Shown: one piece after another, positions 37,846-50,652 of the stretch
Position numbering within the stretch: position 1 is the stretch's first letter
Layout of the letters: the number at the start of each line of letters is the position of its first letter
Assembly: GCF_009914755.1 (NCBI RefSeq)
Contig: NC_060928.1
DNA: 64,000 nt
DNA from: the human T2T-CHM13v2.0 reference genome, Homo sapiens
Direction: 5' to 3' (one strand)
Notes under the pieces: generated by a model
What the model saw: the letters and a program-made list of their open reading frames with translations, nothing else
Databases searched by the model: none
Told to the model about the DNA's origin: nothing
Program-made: the position numbers and the translations under genes

Positions 37846-37865
37846 TAGAGAGGCAGGGAAGGAGG

Positions 37866-38218
37866 TGATATGGTTTGGCTGTATCCCCATCCAAATCTCA
37901 GCTTGAATTATATTTCCCAGAATTCCCATGCATTGTGGGAGGGACCCAGGGGAAGGTAATTGAATCATGGGGGCTGGTCTTCCCCGTTATTCTCGTGATA
38001 GTGAGTAAGTCTCACGATACCTGGAGGGTTTATCAAGGGTTCCTGCTTTTGCTGCTTCCTCGTTTTCTTTTGCTGCTGCCACGTAAGAAGTGTCTTTCGC
38101 CTCCCGCCATGATTCTGAGGCCTCCCCAGCCATGTGCAACTGTAAGTCCAGTTAAGCCTTTATTTTCTTCCCAGTCTGGGGTATGTCTTTATCAGCAGCG
38201 TGAAAACAAACTAATACA
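37866..38218 (+). mobile_element. THE1A-type solo LTR (promoter and exon 1 of AFAP1-AS1)
   Basis: tgatatggtttggctg...aaactaataca; 5-bp TSD GGAGG on both sides; internal donor AACT|gtaagt after 38141. Confidence 0.93.
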
Positions 38219-40423
38219 GGAGGAATTGGGCCAAGCAGCTGTGCGGCACACTTGGGAAGCAGGGCTGTCCCGGCTGATTCTTGGTAAAAGCAAAAAAGGA
38301 AGGGGACACACAGTGAATCCTGGCAATGCATCCCCCGAGGGTAATACCAACCAGGAGCATTACCCCCATTTCACGGGCAGTGTCCGGAGAGCTCCGAGAC
38401 AGTGCAGGAGGGGGGCTGCTGTGCGCAGGGCCCTGGGCAGGAAAACTGTCAGGCCCAAGAGGAAGGTGAGGAGGTTGGGAGGGGAAGTGTCACTCTTTCC
38501 ACTGTTTCTTTAACATGGAGGACCACCTGGTCTGGTCCTCCCCAAGGTGCCTCATTACAGGTGGGATGCAAAGGCCCACGGGCGCCATGGGAGTAGTGGT
38601 CTGCACAGCACAGTGAGTCCCACCCACTGTAAAGGCCCAGACGCCTCTCCCAGGAGGCACAGGGCTGGTAGGGTCAGAACCGTCCCCAAGGCGTCTAGAT
38701 CTGCTGACAGACATAAGGCAGGAGGAGGGGCAGGTGTGGAGGGTGGAAGGAGAGAGGTAAAGCCGGGCTGGTGAACGTGGCTGCAGACGTGGCCCTCATC
38801 CCCCACGGAATGGGGAGCACGCCAGGAACATGGTCAGATTTGGGTTTCAGAAACTGCCAAGGGCTTCCCTGCGAGGCTGGGTCACCCTGGAGAGACTGGG
38901 GCAGTGAAGTGGGTAGGGGACCAGGAGCCTGAACCTGGGAATGGCGGTGGGGATGGGAGAGTGGACAGAGGCTGGAGATGAGGAGGAGGCGAGCTGAGCG
39001 GGACTCGGCCGACCGCGGTGAGGGAGAGGATGTTGAAGGCTGACTCCCAGGTGGCCAGGGCCTGGCTGGGGGTGGCAAGGAGGCCAGCAGGGGCGGCAGG
39101 GTGGGGGCTGGAGGGGGAGGTAGATGGGGAGTTCTGCATTGGGCAGTGGCAAGGGGAGGGGATTCCTGATGAGCTCTGCGGAGGGCACCTGCAGATGCCC
39201 GGCTTGGGGTGAAGGAAGAGAGAGGTCTGGGTGGACATGGGCTGGAGCCTGGCCTCACTGGACTTCTTGGGTTGTGCCTAGGAATAGGGTTTTACTGTGA
39301 GGTTACACCTGGGAGTTGGGGAAACCCACCAAAGCCAACAGCCCAGGCCCCACAGCAGCTCCCATCCCAGGCCGGCTTATGCCCACCCTGCAGGCCTCAC
39401 CCCTGCTTCCCCGGCTCCTGCTCTCTCTGCCCTCTGCCAACAGCGTTGGCTTCCTGCCTTCAACAGCCACCCCAGTTCCCAAATGCCTTCCCTCCTGTTG
39501 GGCAGCACCCTGATGGAAGCTCAGGCTTGCACAGCCCAGGGCCGCTTCCCAGCTCAGCATCAGGGCTTAAAGAAGGAGCTGTGCCCTGCAGTCACCTTCC
39601 TGGGAAGGGGCAATTGGTGCGTGGCTCCGGATGGGCTCTGTCCCCTGCATGGCTCAGCAGGAGCCACACAGTGAAGCCCTGGGAATGGATGAGACCGTCC
39701 TGGCAGGGGGGTGCCAGGAGTGGGGGTTGGAGGAGCCATGCTCGGGGCGTCAGAGGGTAGGGGCTGGGAGAGCGGGGACTCTGCCTGGGGGGGATGCCCG
39801 GGTCCCGCTGACTTCCCGGCGCCTCCTCTGGGGAGTCGCCAGAGCGCTGTTTTACACGTGTGAAGGTCACACAGAACGTTCTCAGCACAGAGAAGGTGCT
39901 CCGTCAATGTTTGCTGAGTGAATAAATGTGCTCTCTTGCTCTAAATGGTCATTGCTTGGCTGTGAACTCGAGGGCAGAGCAGGTGGAATTCATTTTTGTG
40001 CTCCGGGGCCTGACAGCTAGAAGGGGCTTGGGAATCATTTGTGTAGTGATTTTCAGAATAATGTCAGGGCCTAAAACTGTAACAGCAAAATGCAGCACCT
40101 GCTCCCCCAGCTCCTCCTTCTGGGGTTGGCGGGTCAGGACCCGTGGAGGGAGGGAGCCCAGTGACCCCAGGGGCCACGGCACCCACGGCAGCCACGGCAC
40201 CCGTGCTTTCCACAGCAGGCCCCAGCAGCTTTCGGCCTGCGCTTTGCTGTCAAACTTGTCTGTCGCAGTTGTCCCGGGCAGTAGGTCCTGCACAAAGCTG
40301 CCCCAGGAGGAGTGGAGCAGCAGGAAGAGGCAATTGTGCTTGCTCTTGGTCTTGCTCTGAGGCACTTACTTCCCCTGGGGGCAGTCGGCTGCGTGCTGCC
40401 CTCCTGCTGCGACTTAGGATCTC

Positions 40424-40662
40424 ACCCGAGGGCCAGGAGATTGGCTTGGTCTGTGCACCATCGACCCGAGGGCCAGAAGGTTGGCTTGGTCTGTGCACAA
40501 TTGACCCGAGGGCCAGAAGGTGGGCTTGGTCTGTGCACCATCGACCCGAGGGCCAGAAGGTGGGCTTGGTCTGTGCACCATCGACCCGAGGGCCAGAAGG
40601 TGGGCTTGGTCTGTGCACAATCGACCTGAGGGCGAGAAGGTTGGCTTGGTCTGTGCACAATC
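40424..40662. repeat. 40-bp minisatellite x6
   Basis: acccgagggccagaaggtgggcttggtctgtgcaccatcg units every 40 bp from 40424. Confidence 0.95.
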
Positions 40663-42689
40663 AGGACGGCCCTGAGAGCAGAGTGGCGGCAGGGCTGTCA
40701 TCCCAGTGCCTTCGGGGACTGCGCCGAGGAGCCGGGCCGCATCCCACGTGGGGTGACTCGCACCTGCCCGTCGGGGCCAGGCTCATGTTGGGTATTTCAT
40801 GCGGCTCCCTGAATTCTCAGAACAGCCTGCGAGTTGTCATTATCTGTCCTATGGGAGAGCAGGCAGGATGTAGGCCTGAGACAGGCTGGTGCCAAGGTCC
40901 GTGTCCTTTCCACAGGACTGGGGCGTTTGGAAACATCCGTTCAATTAACCTTCAGGTATGGCGAGGCCCTACTGTCGCTGACAAGCTAGTTTGTTAAGGT
41001 TCTCAGTAGGACTGGTCACGCCACGCCACGCCACACCACACTAGGCCATGCCAGGCCACACAGGGAAGTGCAGGCCAGCTGAGAGGCCGGGGGAGCAAGG
41101 GGAAAGTACGGGCAAATCCAGGAACCTTTGCTGTGGTTTCTGCGGGAAGGAACAGCTGAGGCCAGGGAAGAGGGCTTGGGGCTGGGTGGCCTGAATCACT
41201 TCTGTGGGCTCCTGACATTGGCTGTGTCTTGTGGTCTGCTGCCTGGCCCTGGGGTGATTAGGGCCGGGGTGTAGTGGGCTGGAGTGTGAGATCCCCAAGC
41301 CCCCGATAGTGAGGGCGGGTGTGGCTCTAGACTGCTTGGTTTTTCTGTAAGGTGTGCGCCAGGCTAGGGGTTACTATCTCTAGGAACTGGCCAGCCCTGG
41401 GAGGGGCCGTCCCTCCAGGGTCAGCAAGGTGTCCTAAGTTAAAGCATCAGGAAAAAAAGATGTTATGGGCAGCCCTCCGAGGCAGGTTGGTGCCCCAAAG
41501 AAGGAGGCAGTGGCTCAGCTGTGAGGAGCCCCTGACCTCAGAGAGGGTTCTAGATGCACCAGACCCTCTGAGTGCAGGGGACGGTCTGAACGTGCCTGCG
41601 GCCCCACCCCCGCCCCCTGTGCAGGAGGTGGGTACGCCTGACTCCTTCCTTCGTCCTGCCAGGTCTCCTGCCCTACTTTCCAATCGGTCCCTTTGTATGA
41701 AAGGATAGCCACTTTTAACAGCCTCATAAAACAGATGAAGTTTCCATCATAAAATTTCTGGATCACAGACATCAGCTCATGTTTTCCCTGCTTCCCATTA
41801 AGGAGCTGGGCTCCTGATTTATGTTCTTGAGGCTTCGTGTCGCCTGTTCCCAAAATTATAACTCACATGATGAATATCGCTGAGCACTCTCCATGGTGTT
41901 AAAAAGCAAAGCCAGGAGTCCCGGTGTCCTCTCCCTAAGTTCAAAAGGAAATTAGAGGCCCTTCCTTTCCATTTGGCAGCCTACCAGGGCATGACCTCTG
42001 TTCAAAAGCCAACAAGGAGCGTTACTTTAAAAATGGCCTATTAAAAGCTTTAACCAGACTTTCCCAGCAAGACTAACCGCCCACCAGGGAACAATTAACG
42101 GTGCAGCAGGGGACGCTCAGCCTTCTCAGACGCTGCCTGGGAGGACACGCTGCTCACAGTGTCAAAGGGCAGGCCGAGGGCGCTTGGAAAATGACTTCTC
42201 TCCTTGCAGAACTCCTATTTAAACATGAGAGCCTAGTTCAAATAACCCCCACTCCTCTGCAAAAACCCCACCCAACAGCCTCAAACTTAGGAGCTCTGTG
42301 ATTCCAGAAATCTGCGTACAGTCCTCTACACAAAAGGCGCATCCAGGATCTCTTTCCATGTCGTCTTGCCTGGAGCAAGCTCCCTGAGGGCAGGAGTTGT
42401 AGCTGACCCATTTCTATTTCTAGCACCTGGCACAGAGTTGGCCTCACAGCAGGTGCGCAAAACGTCTCTTGAACTGGATGTTCAGGTCTGTGGACTCGAA
42501 GCTACTTTTTAATATAAACCACGGCTCCTTCATCTGCCTACGTCCTCCCTTCATGTGTCACTCCTCACCCCTCTCTCCCCGGTAGGTGGCCAAATGTCAG
42601 CGAGAGACCCCCACCCACCTGACAGCAAGGACTTCAGGAAAAGCAGCCACTTCTCAGTGTGCAGCACACACCAAGGGCAGTGAAGACAC

Positions 42690-45600
42690 CGGGGCTGGGG
42701 GAGAGAAGTTTATTCATACACAAAGGGGCACGCCAAGGGCGCCAGTCTAGGGTTACACCACGTGAAACAGTAGAAAATTCAACCAGGAAAGCAGGAAATT
42801 CAGTGAAGCTACTACAAAGTGGGGCGAGTGGACTGAAAACTAGGATTTTCCTTGCAAGTTTCTTTTCATAAAATTTTTACTTTATGAATTAAATACATTG
42901 AGAAACAGTGAAAATATATTTACAGTCATTTGAAGTGGGCACTACTAACATATTTAATTTAAAAAAATCTTTGCTGTTTCTTTGCCTGTTTCTTTCAAAG
43001 AGAATTTTAAATATGACTTTAGCTTTTAAAAAATACAATAAGGAAATAATTACATTCTTAATATGAAAACATTTTACAACGTATCACCATGGTCAATTAA
43101 TTCTGAATATCACTTAAAAGTTGATGTTAAAATGTAAAGTGAATATTTCCTTTCTTGTTAGAAAATCAAAAAGATTATCTCATTAAAAACACCTTTGGTC
43201 CTAAGACTTATGATCTGAAGATGTCCTTTTGAAAGTATCTTCCATGGCTACACTAAAAAGACCCGGTAACACTTGTGCACGGTGAAGTTGAGATTTTCTG
43301 GAAGACCAAAGCCGGAACTATTTCATGAACTACGGGCGAAAGGATGCGTCTGACGCCCACCACTTCCTGGGTGCAGTTTCCCTTCTTTTACAGACGCCCT
43401 GCTATGGCTTGGGGACTCACGAATAGAGGTGACTGCTTTTTCTGCAGTGCTGTGCCACGTATTTACGGCAGGAACGTTTTGGTTTCATTTTAGTTTATTT
43501 CACAGTATGAACCCAGCCCACCAAGGGGATAAGAAGACAGTGACAACCAGGAAAAAATGAATTATCCTCCTTCAAACTATGTCATGAACTTGAAGTGACT
43601 GTTCCCATTAGAAAATCATTTTAGGAAAAGTAAGAGGAAGGCAATAGTTTAGTTTAACATTGAAACATTGCCACGACCTTTATGTAAGCTGCAGGGCACC
43701 CTGCCGGCCAACCCTGATGCCTGGAGACCTCCAGTGCTGTGTTCCCAGAAGAGGCTGTTTCAAGGATGGACATCCACCTGAATGCAGGGGCCACCTGTGA
43801 GCTCAGGGTGTCGGCCCCGCCCTGTGGCACAAGGTGCCTTTTCTCTGGATGGCAGTCGCCGGCCACACTGCAGGCTGCCCATCCTTGGATGGTGTCTAAT
43901 GACATCAGTTCCGTGCATGAACACAGCACCTCACCTGGGTGGCAAAGTCTGTGGGCAAAATTTACATCCCCCCAAATAGTGGGTGAGTAGAATTAATAGC
44001 CTTTTTGGAAAGGGAAGGTGTGGCCACAAACAGGGGAGCTTTGCTCACAACCCTACACCTAACCCCAGCTTCGACGCTGCCCTTTGAGTCCCGTGCACAA
44101 GCACCAAACTGTGGCCATAATGACAATGAACCTCAAACTCCTTCCTGGGGGTGGCCTCCAGAGCTGAGGCCACACTTTTTGAAACAGACTTTTCAAAAGG
44201 AGTAAATCTCCACATTTTAGGGTAGTTTTTGTCTATTTAGAAATGGCCAGTAATAATTCTGGGATGAGTAAGATACAGGGGAAGGTTAAGCCTGGCAACG
44301 CCAGGGCATAGGCACAGAGGGGCGAGATGGGACTGACCCAGCTGGTAAGCCGCCGCCCGCCAGCCCCAAGGGAAGGTCTCAAGGAAGGCCCCATGGACAG
44401 TGGCCCATGCTCCTGGGGTAAGTCTGGTGCCTGGGGTGACTCAGCAGATCCACACTGGTTACCTTGCAACTGCCGTGGACTCTGGAAGCCGAGGGAGAGA
44501 GCTACCAGCCTTGCAGACAGATGGGCCTTGCCCCAGTTCCCCGCAGATTCTGGGAAGAGGGAGCCATCGCCCATGCCTGTGCCCAGGTCAGGGGGACAAA
44601 GGGAGCCCTCGAATCTGATAGTTGTTTCTATGAAAAAGTTGGTCAGTGGCTTAACATTATAAAAATATATAAATGGAGGTTGAAGGCTGATGACACCTTA
44701 ACAAAATAGAGCCAGGAGCAGAGCCCTGAAGAGTGACACTGTGGCTCAAGGTTAGAATGGAAGGAGCCCTGAGCCCCGCAGGGGTCGGCCCCCTCACCTG
44801 ACCTGTCCTCCGGCCAGCTCCATCGCGTGGCCACCACATTCCTCGCATTGCGGTCGGCACCGTAGTACAGGTGGCTAGCCCCTGTGAACACGACCATCTG
44901 CTAAGTACCAGTGACATTGCGAAGAAATCCGGCTTCTCCGGGGACCCTGGCCTGCCTGTCGGGCCTCTTGCCCTCAGCCTGGCTTCGTTATGAAATCAGA
45001 CACACTCGCAGCTGCCACAGAGGCAAGGGGTGCTTGTTCCTGGGGCATGTTTTGGGAGGGGAATAAAATGACATCACTGTCAGAATTCTGGCAAGATGGC
45101 TCGCGTGTGTCTAATATGTACAGATATAAATTAAAAACTATATTTATTGAACATATACACATAAATAACTTATTCTGAAGTAAATGCTTTAAACTTTGAT
45201 GGAATGTGAAATTTCAAGGGAGTATCCGCCATGGAAGGAACCCACTGTCAGGCCCCTCCAGGGCACCCATTTTGAAAGGCTCCATGGACCACGATGGGGT
45301 TTGTTAACGTTTGCCTCCGCTTTAAAAGGCTTAGGGTTGTGGATGTGAATTACAAACCTGGGTTTTTACAACAAAATATGCATGCTGGGAGTCGAGCACC
45401 AATCAGCTGTGCCGTTGGGCAAGTCCCTGCTAAGGCTCCGGGGCCTCCTTGCCTGGTGAGGAAGCTGGTGGGTGACGGCTAAGGCCCACGTGACACTTTG
45501 CGTGCTGCTCACACTTCACCTGCCAGCTCGCTGCTGCCCACCTGTGCTGGGCCAGGACCGTGACTTCAGGCTGGCCATCTCCCCCTTCTCTTACTAACCA

Positions 45601-47746
45601 CCAAAACCTCACACAGTTCTCTTTGGCAAAGCAGGCTGCCAATCAGAGTGGCCCAAGAGTGTCAACCAGGGAAACTATTTGACCCGAAGGCAGCAAAAAT
45701 CTATGGAGGAGCAAACTTTTTTCCCTTTATAGAAAATTCATTTTGTGTGATATGAAGTGGGCCCAGCTGCCTGCAATGGTGGGAAGTCTGCCTGCAATGG
45801 TGGGAAGTGACCACTGGAGGGAGGGCTCCTCTATGGCAATGCAGCGGACGGCCCTGAGGTGTGTGGCGTCCCCGCCCGACCTGCCTGGATGTCCTAGTGG
45901 GAAGCTGGCGTCACGGATGCTGGTGTGATGGGCCTCCACGGACTAGGCCGGGAGGAACGTGCATCAGAGGGGAAAGAAAGGCTGGCTGATGGCTCAGGAA
46001 CCCAAAACCGTTCCCAGCAGATGGCTTTGCAATCAATTCAAGTTCAGGTGGACTCAAGCAGCTTCCAATTCGTGTTGTAAAACTTTTTCTTATACATGGG
46101 AGACCGCTTTCCGCTTCAGTAATCCAACGTGGCCCTTGCAGGCCTCAAGCGCCACCACCTTAAACATGAATCCTAACTGTAAAGTCCCGTGCACCACACA
46201 GCTAGCGCTCTGAAAGTATGTCTGGGGGAAACCCAAGGAGTCAGTCAGTGTTTTCCCGCCATCTCTTCCTCTGTGTGAAAAAGGACATTCTGGACAGTGG
46301 ACAGAAGGAAGGCTTACACCAAGTATGGCACCTCTGTATTCTATGCTTGGGGAAGGGGCGGTTGCTACTGGGACTGGTCTCCATGAATCTGCCTGCGGAG
46401 GCGTTCAGGGGTGACTTATTTCGTCATAAGTGACTGCATCTTCCCGTACTGGAGAATTCCTGACAGCAGCCTCCGGGAGACCAAGAAGTTAATCTGATTT
46501 TTAAACCCAGGGGGTAAATACCAGCTCAAACTATGAACTCTGTTTTTTTCCTTTATGCCTTAGGCATCCAAATTCTCCAAGAAATATTGCACAGAAGGCA
46601 AGCAAGAAAGCTGGGAAAGAGGCCCTACTTGCACCCACCCTACTCAGGAGAGGCAGCACGGCCAGGCCCACCAACACATTAGTGGTTTAACTTGACAAGC
46701 TGGAGGAAGGGGAGGGGCAGGAGGCCCTGGAATTCCTGCCTCTTGCTCTAAGGTGTTATAGTTCCATGAGCGAACAAATTCCGGAACTTGCTTCCCTTTC
46801 AAAGGACTGCCCTGGCCCCAAGCAGCAGTAAACGTCCTGTACAGCGGCGAGGAGCCAGCCCCTGCCCCCAGAGGCTCCTGGTGTGAGAAGCACCTGCCGG
46901 CTCCGACGTGGATTAAGGGCTGGGGATGCTAGCCCAAGGGGGAGGAGGGTGTACTGTTAGTGAAGTATTAAAACCCTCTGCTACCTGTCAAAAGCAGCAC
47001 AAATAATTAATTAATAAAATAAGGAACCTCTGAAAACTCCTTGATCTAAGTGTGACACACAGTAAAAAGACATTCCTAAAAAACAGGTTAAGAAGAATGG
47101 CAGCTTTTCATGTCTTGGTGACAAAAGCATCTGTCCAAAAAATAATAATAAAAGGTAAAAAACGTTTCACAGCGCGATTTTCTCATGCCTTTACCTCTGA
47201 TGACGAGGGGGACGGGCACGTGGAGAGGGTACGCCAAGACACAAAGTCCACGTCAGGACTGCGTATGCCCCTGGCCCTCCTGGTGGGCGTGCAAGGCGAG
47301 CCCAGTGCCCATGGCCAGCCACACTCATGCCCGGGGCAGCCGGGGATCCAAGCTCTTCCCTGTCGAATCCAGGTTTTCATCTGGGGGCTCATGGAACCAT
47401 CCATCCTCAGTCCAGGGCTGGGTTGGAATCGGTGAAAGCAATGGCCTATCTGGTTAGAAAGATGTCACTTCGCCTGATAGCATCCTTTCAAACACCTTTC
47501 CATCACTTTTTTTGTTTTTTAACAAAGTTGGGAACCAAAGTCTTACATCTTTTTTAAAGGCGCCATTTTACAGTAGAAAGAATACAAGTGGGCCTGGGGG
47601 ACAGGCACTGGCCTCAGAGCTCAGTCGTGGAGCCTCTGGAGTCGTGCAGCTGAGGCCACTCTGGGCAGAGCTTCCTGCCGTCACACAGATGAGGATACAG
47701 GCAAGGGGGTGTGCAGTCTCTGAGGCTGGAGTGGTGCTGCTGTCCC
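42690..47746 (-). other. AFAP1: AFAP1 3'UTR (~5 kb)
   Basis: Runs from the TAG to the minus-strand AATAAA at 42714-42709, with an AU-rich distal block. Confidence 0.8.
42709..42714 (-). terminator. AFAP1: AFAP1 distal polyadenylation signal AATAAA
   Basis: TTTATT on + strand; upstream UGUA and downstream GU-rich (tgtgtgctgc) sequence on the minus strand. Confidence 0.8.
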
Positions 47747-47773
47747 CTAGGTCCCGTTCTTCAATTCCCATTC
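47747..47773 (-). CDS. AFAP1: AFAP1 last coding exon: EWELKNGT*
   Basis: ctctcctttcctctag| acceptor; 27 nt including TAG; matches the recalled AFAP1 C-terminus. Confidence 0.93.
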   Translation of the reverse strand, partial: EWELKNGT

Positions 47774-47879
47774 CTAGAGGAAAGGAGAGTCTTGTAAGTG
47801 GACAGGGCAAGAGGATCAGGCTGGGACAAGCCACGCCACCATCCACATTCAACTCAGAGGGGGTGGGTGCTCGGCTACT

Positions 47880-48575
47880 GCAGAAAACTCAACAGAATCA
47901 ATGACCAATGACCCGGCAATTCCACTGCTAGGTATTCACCTATCAGAATGGAGAGCATGGTCTCCAGCAGATACCACACACCCCGTTCACAGCAGCATGA
48001 CTCACACCAGCCAGGAGGCAGAGGAAACCCAGTGTCCACCGATGGATAGACATGTAAAACATGGCGAGTACAGACAACACCACGTATTCGGCCTGAAAAA
48101 GGAAGGGCCTTCTGACACACGCTGCAACCTGGATGAACCTTGAGGACATGATCAGAAACAGGCCGATGACAAAAGGATAAATCCTGTAACGATTTCACTT
48201 ATGTGAGGGACCTGGAGAAGTCTAACAAGGACAGAAAGTGGGCTGGGTGCAGTGGCTCACGCCTGGAATCCCAGCACTGTGGGACACACAGACAGGAGGA
48301 TGGCGTGAGGCTAGGAGTTTGAGACCAGCCTAGGCAACGTAGCGAGACCGCATCATGTCTATTTCAAAAAATATAAAAAAAAAAGGAAGTAGAATAGTGG
48401 GTATCAAGGGCTGGGGTGGGAAGTTTGGGAAGATGAGAAAGTTCTGGAGAAGGATGGCGGCGATGGCTGTGCAACAATGGGAATGTGCTTAATGCCACTG
48501 AACTGTAGACTTAAAAATGCTTAAAATGGTCAATTTTACATCGTGTTTATTTTACTCTAATAGAAAAAAATTTTT
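47880..48575 (+). mobile_element. L1MB-type 3' end with an inserted Alu monomer (48241-48385)
   Basis: gacccggcaattccactgctaggtat; ggatgaaccttgaggacat; gtgcttaatgccactgaactgtagacttaaaaatg. Confidence 0.8.
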
Positions 48576-48803
48576 TTAAATATGTAGATGCTTAAATCCA
48601 GTCAGCAGAGCAGCTGGACTGGTTCCATCCACAGGCCCTGAGTGCTGGCTGCAGATGGCTGTGGTCTACGCAGTGCCAGCACTGTGAAAGCAGGGACAGT
48701 GGGCACTGGGCAGGCACTGTGCCATGCACTGGGTGCGGCTATGTCTGGTCTGACAACAGCCCTGCAAGGTGGACAGTACCCCCACTTCATAAGTGAAGAG
48801 ACA

Positions 48804-49100
48804 GGTAGGTGCAGGGCTCATGCCTGGAATCCCAGCACTTGGAGAGGCTGAGTGAGGTGGGAGGATTGTGTGATGCCAGGAGTTTAAGACCAGCCTGAGC
48901 AACTTAGGGAGACCCCAACTCTACAAAAAATACAAAAATTAGCTGGGTGTGGTGGCGCACACCCATAGTCCCAGCTACTCGGTAGGCTGAGGCGAGAGGA
49001 TTGCTTGAGCCCAGGAGTTTGAGGCTGCAGTAAGCCATGATCGCCACTGCACTCGAGCGTGGTCAACAGAGCAAGACCCTGTCTCAATCAATCAATCAAT
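48804..49100 (+). mobile_element. AluJ with (TCAA)n tail, inserted in a MIR
   Basis: Two-arm Alu with J-type ggaggattgcttgagcccaggagtttgaggctgcag-like motif; MIR pieces on both sides. Confidence 0.88.
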
Positions 49101-50512
49101 CGCTAAGGAGACAGAGGCTTAATGACTTGCCTTAGGTCCAAAGTGATGAAGCTGGGCCCCAAAACCACTGGGTCCACAGCAAAGGCCTCCCATCTCCACT
49201 CTGCCCTGCTGCCTCCCAACAGGCCACACTCTGGCTTTTGTATCTGCTTCTCTCTACACACACCCATGCCTGTTCTCCACCTGATGTCACCTGGCCAGCC
49301 TCATGCATCCTGAGGACCAGGCTTCAGTGATTCCCCACCACCCTGTGCCCCTCGTCCTGACTCAGGGAGGCAATGCTCCCATCTTCTGTGCAGTTTTTGT
49401 GCTTTTCAACAAGCCATGTCACAGCAATAGATGTACCTGCCCCTCCCTACTGGACAGCGCCCTCCGTGCTCTTCCTCACCTCTTCCTTTCCATCCATTCA
49501 TCTCTGGGTCCTCAGCACCCAGTGCAGCTGCACAGAGGCAGAAGCCTGGGCTACTCATGGTCTCTGGAGCTACGTGGATTTGAAATGGGGTTTGGCCATG
49601 GGATTGAGTTCCAGAAAGAGGAGGCAAAAGAGCAGACCCAGGTCAGAGCAGCGGCAGACACCATGCAGGACAGAGGCCCTTGGTTCCCTGGCATGGATGG
49701 CTCTGGAGGACAGCAGAAGGCACAGACGCCAGGGCCAGACCTTCTGTGCCTCAGCCACTGAGGGGCCTTGGAGAGGTTGCTTCATCTCTCTGAGCCATGG
49801 TACAACGTGAGTCCCACCAAGGACTTCAAAGAGCAATTGGGAAGATCAAAGGAGACAGGGTCTGTGAAAGCCCCGACCACAGCGCCCGGCCACCAAAGAG
49901 GGACTTTCTTCTCTGCGCCCGCCCAGTGACCCTGCGCCAGGATGCAGACGCCTGACTCCCACTATTTCCAGGGGCTCATTAACTGGGTCATGAGTACACT
50001 GCACGTCTCCGCATGCTGCATACAATGAACAATTTCTCACTTTGTCTAAATCAAAAGCTCGAGTTCAACTCATGGTTAAATTCACAGCACTAGCAAATCT
50101 GGCAGAAACAAACACCAAGCCACAATGCCGACAACACTATGCTGAGGCCCTCTCAGACTCGGCGGAAGTGTTCTGCAAAGGGGAGGATGGGTAGCTGGGT
50201 ACGCTTCGTGCCTTCTTGCCCCTTCAGCCTCCCTGGGACAGCTATGTGGGCCGTTGTAAGCAGAGAAGGTGCCCAGGGGACAGCATCACAAGGTCGGCGC
50301 TCAAGGGCAGTCCTCTGTTGTACAGGTCCCCCATTTCCTCCCAGGCAGTGGGGTTTTCAGAGAGGGAGGACCCCATGTTACCTCCGCGTGGTGCCACATA
50401 TGTTTAGCAAACAAGCCGAGGAAATGGTAACATTCCAAGCCTAGGTCACACTGGCCACAGAATAAGCGACAGGATGAGAACCTGTATCCTCCACTCAACT
50501 CGGAGCAGGGCA

Positions 50513-50652
50513 GGAAACAGAATCTCCAGGTGACTGTGTCACGGGAGGGAAACAGAATCTCCAGGTGACTGTGTCACGGGAGGGAAACAGAATCTCCAGG
50601 TGACTGTGTCACGAGAGGGTAACAGAATCTCCAGGTGAATGTGTCACGAGAG
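50513..50652. repeat. 35-bp minisatellite x4
   Basis: ggaaacagaatctccaggtgactgtgtcacgggag units. Confidence 0.93.

Noticed and set aside
37875-38513. 212-aa ORF over the THE1 LTR
   Set aside because: It starts at a non-ATG codon upstream of the likely TSS and runs through the splice donor; only the spliced 26-aa version is plausible.
40143-40997. 284-aa ORF
   Set aside because: Non-ATG start, GC-rich, spans the 40-bp VNTR, no recognisable domain.
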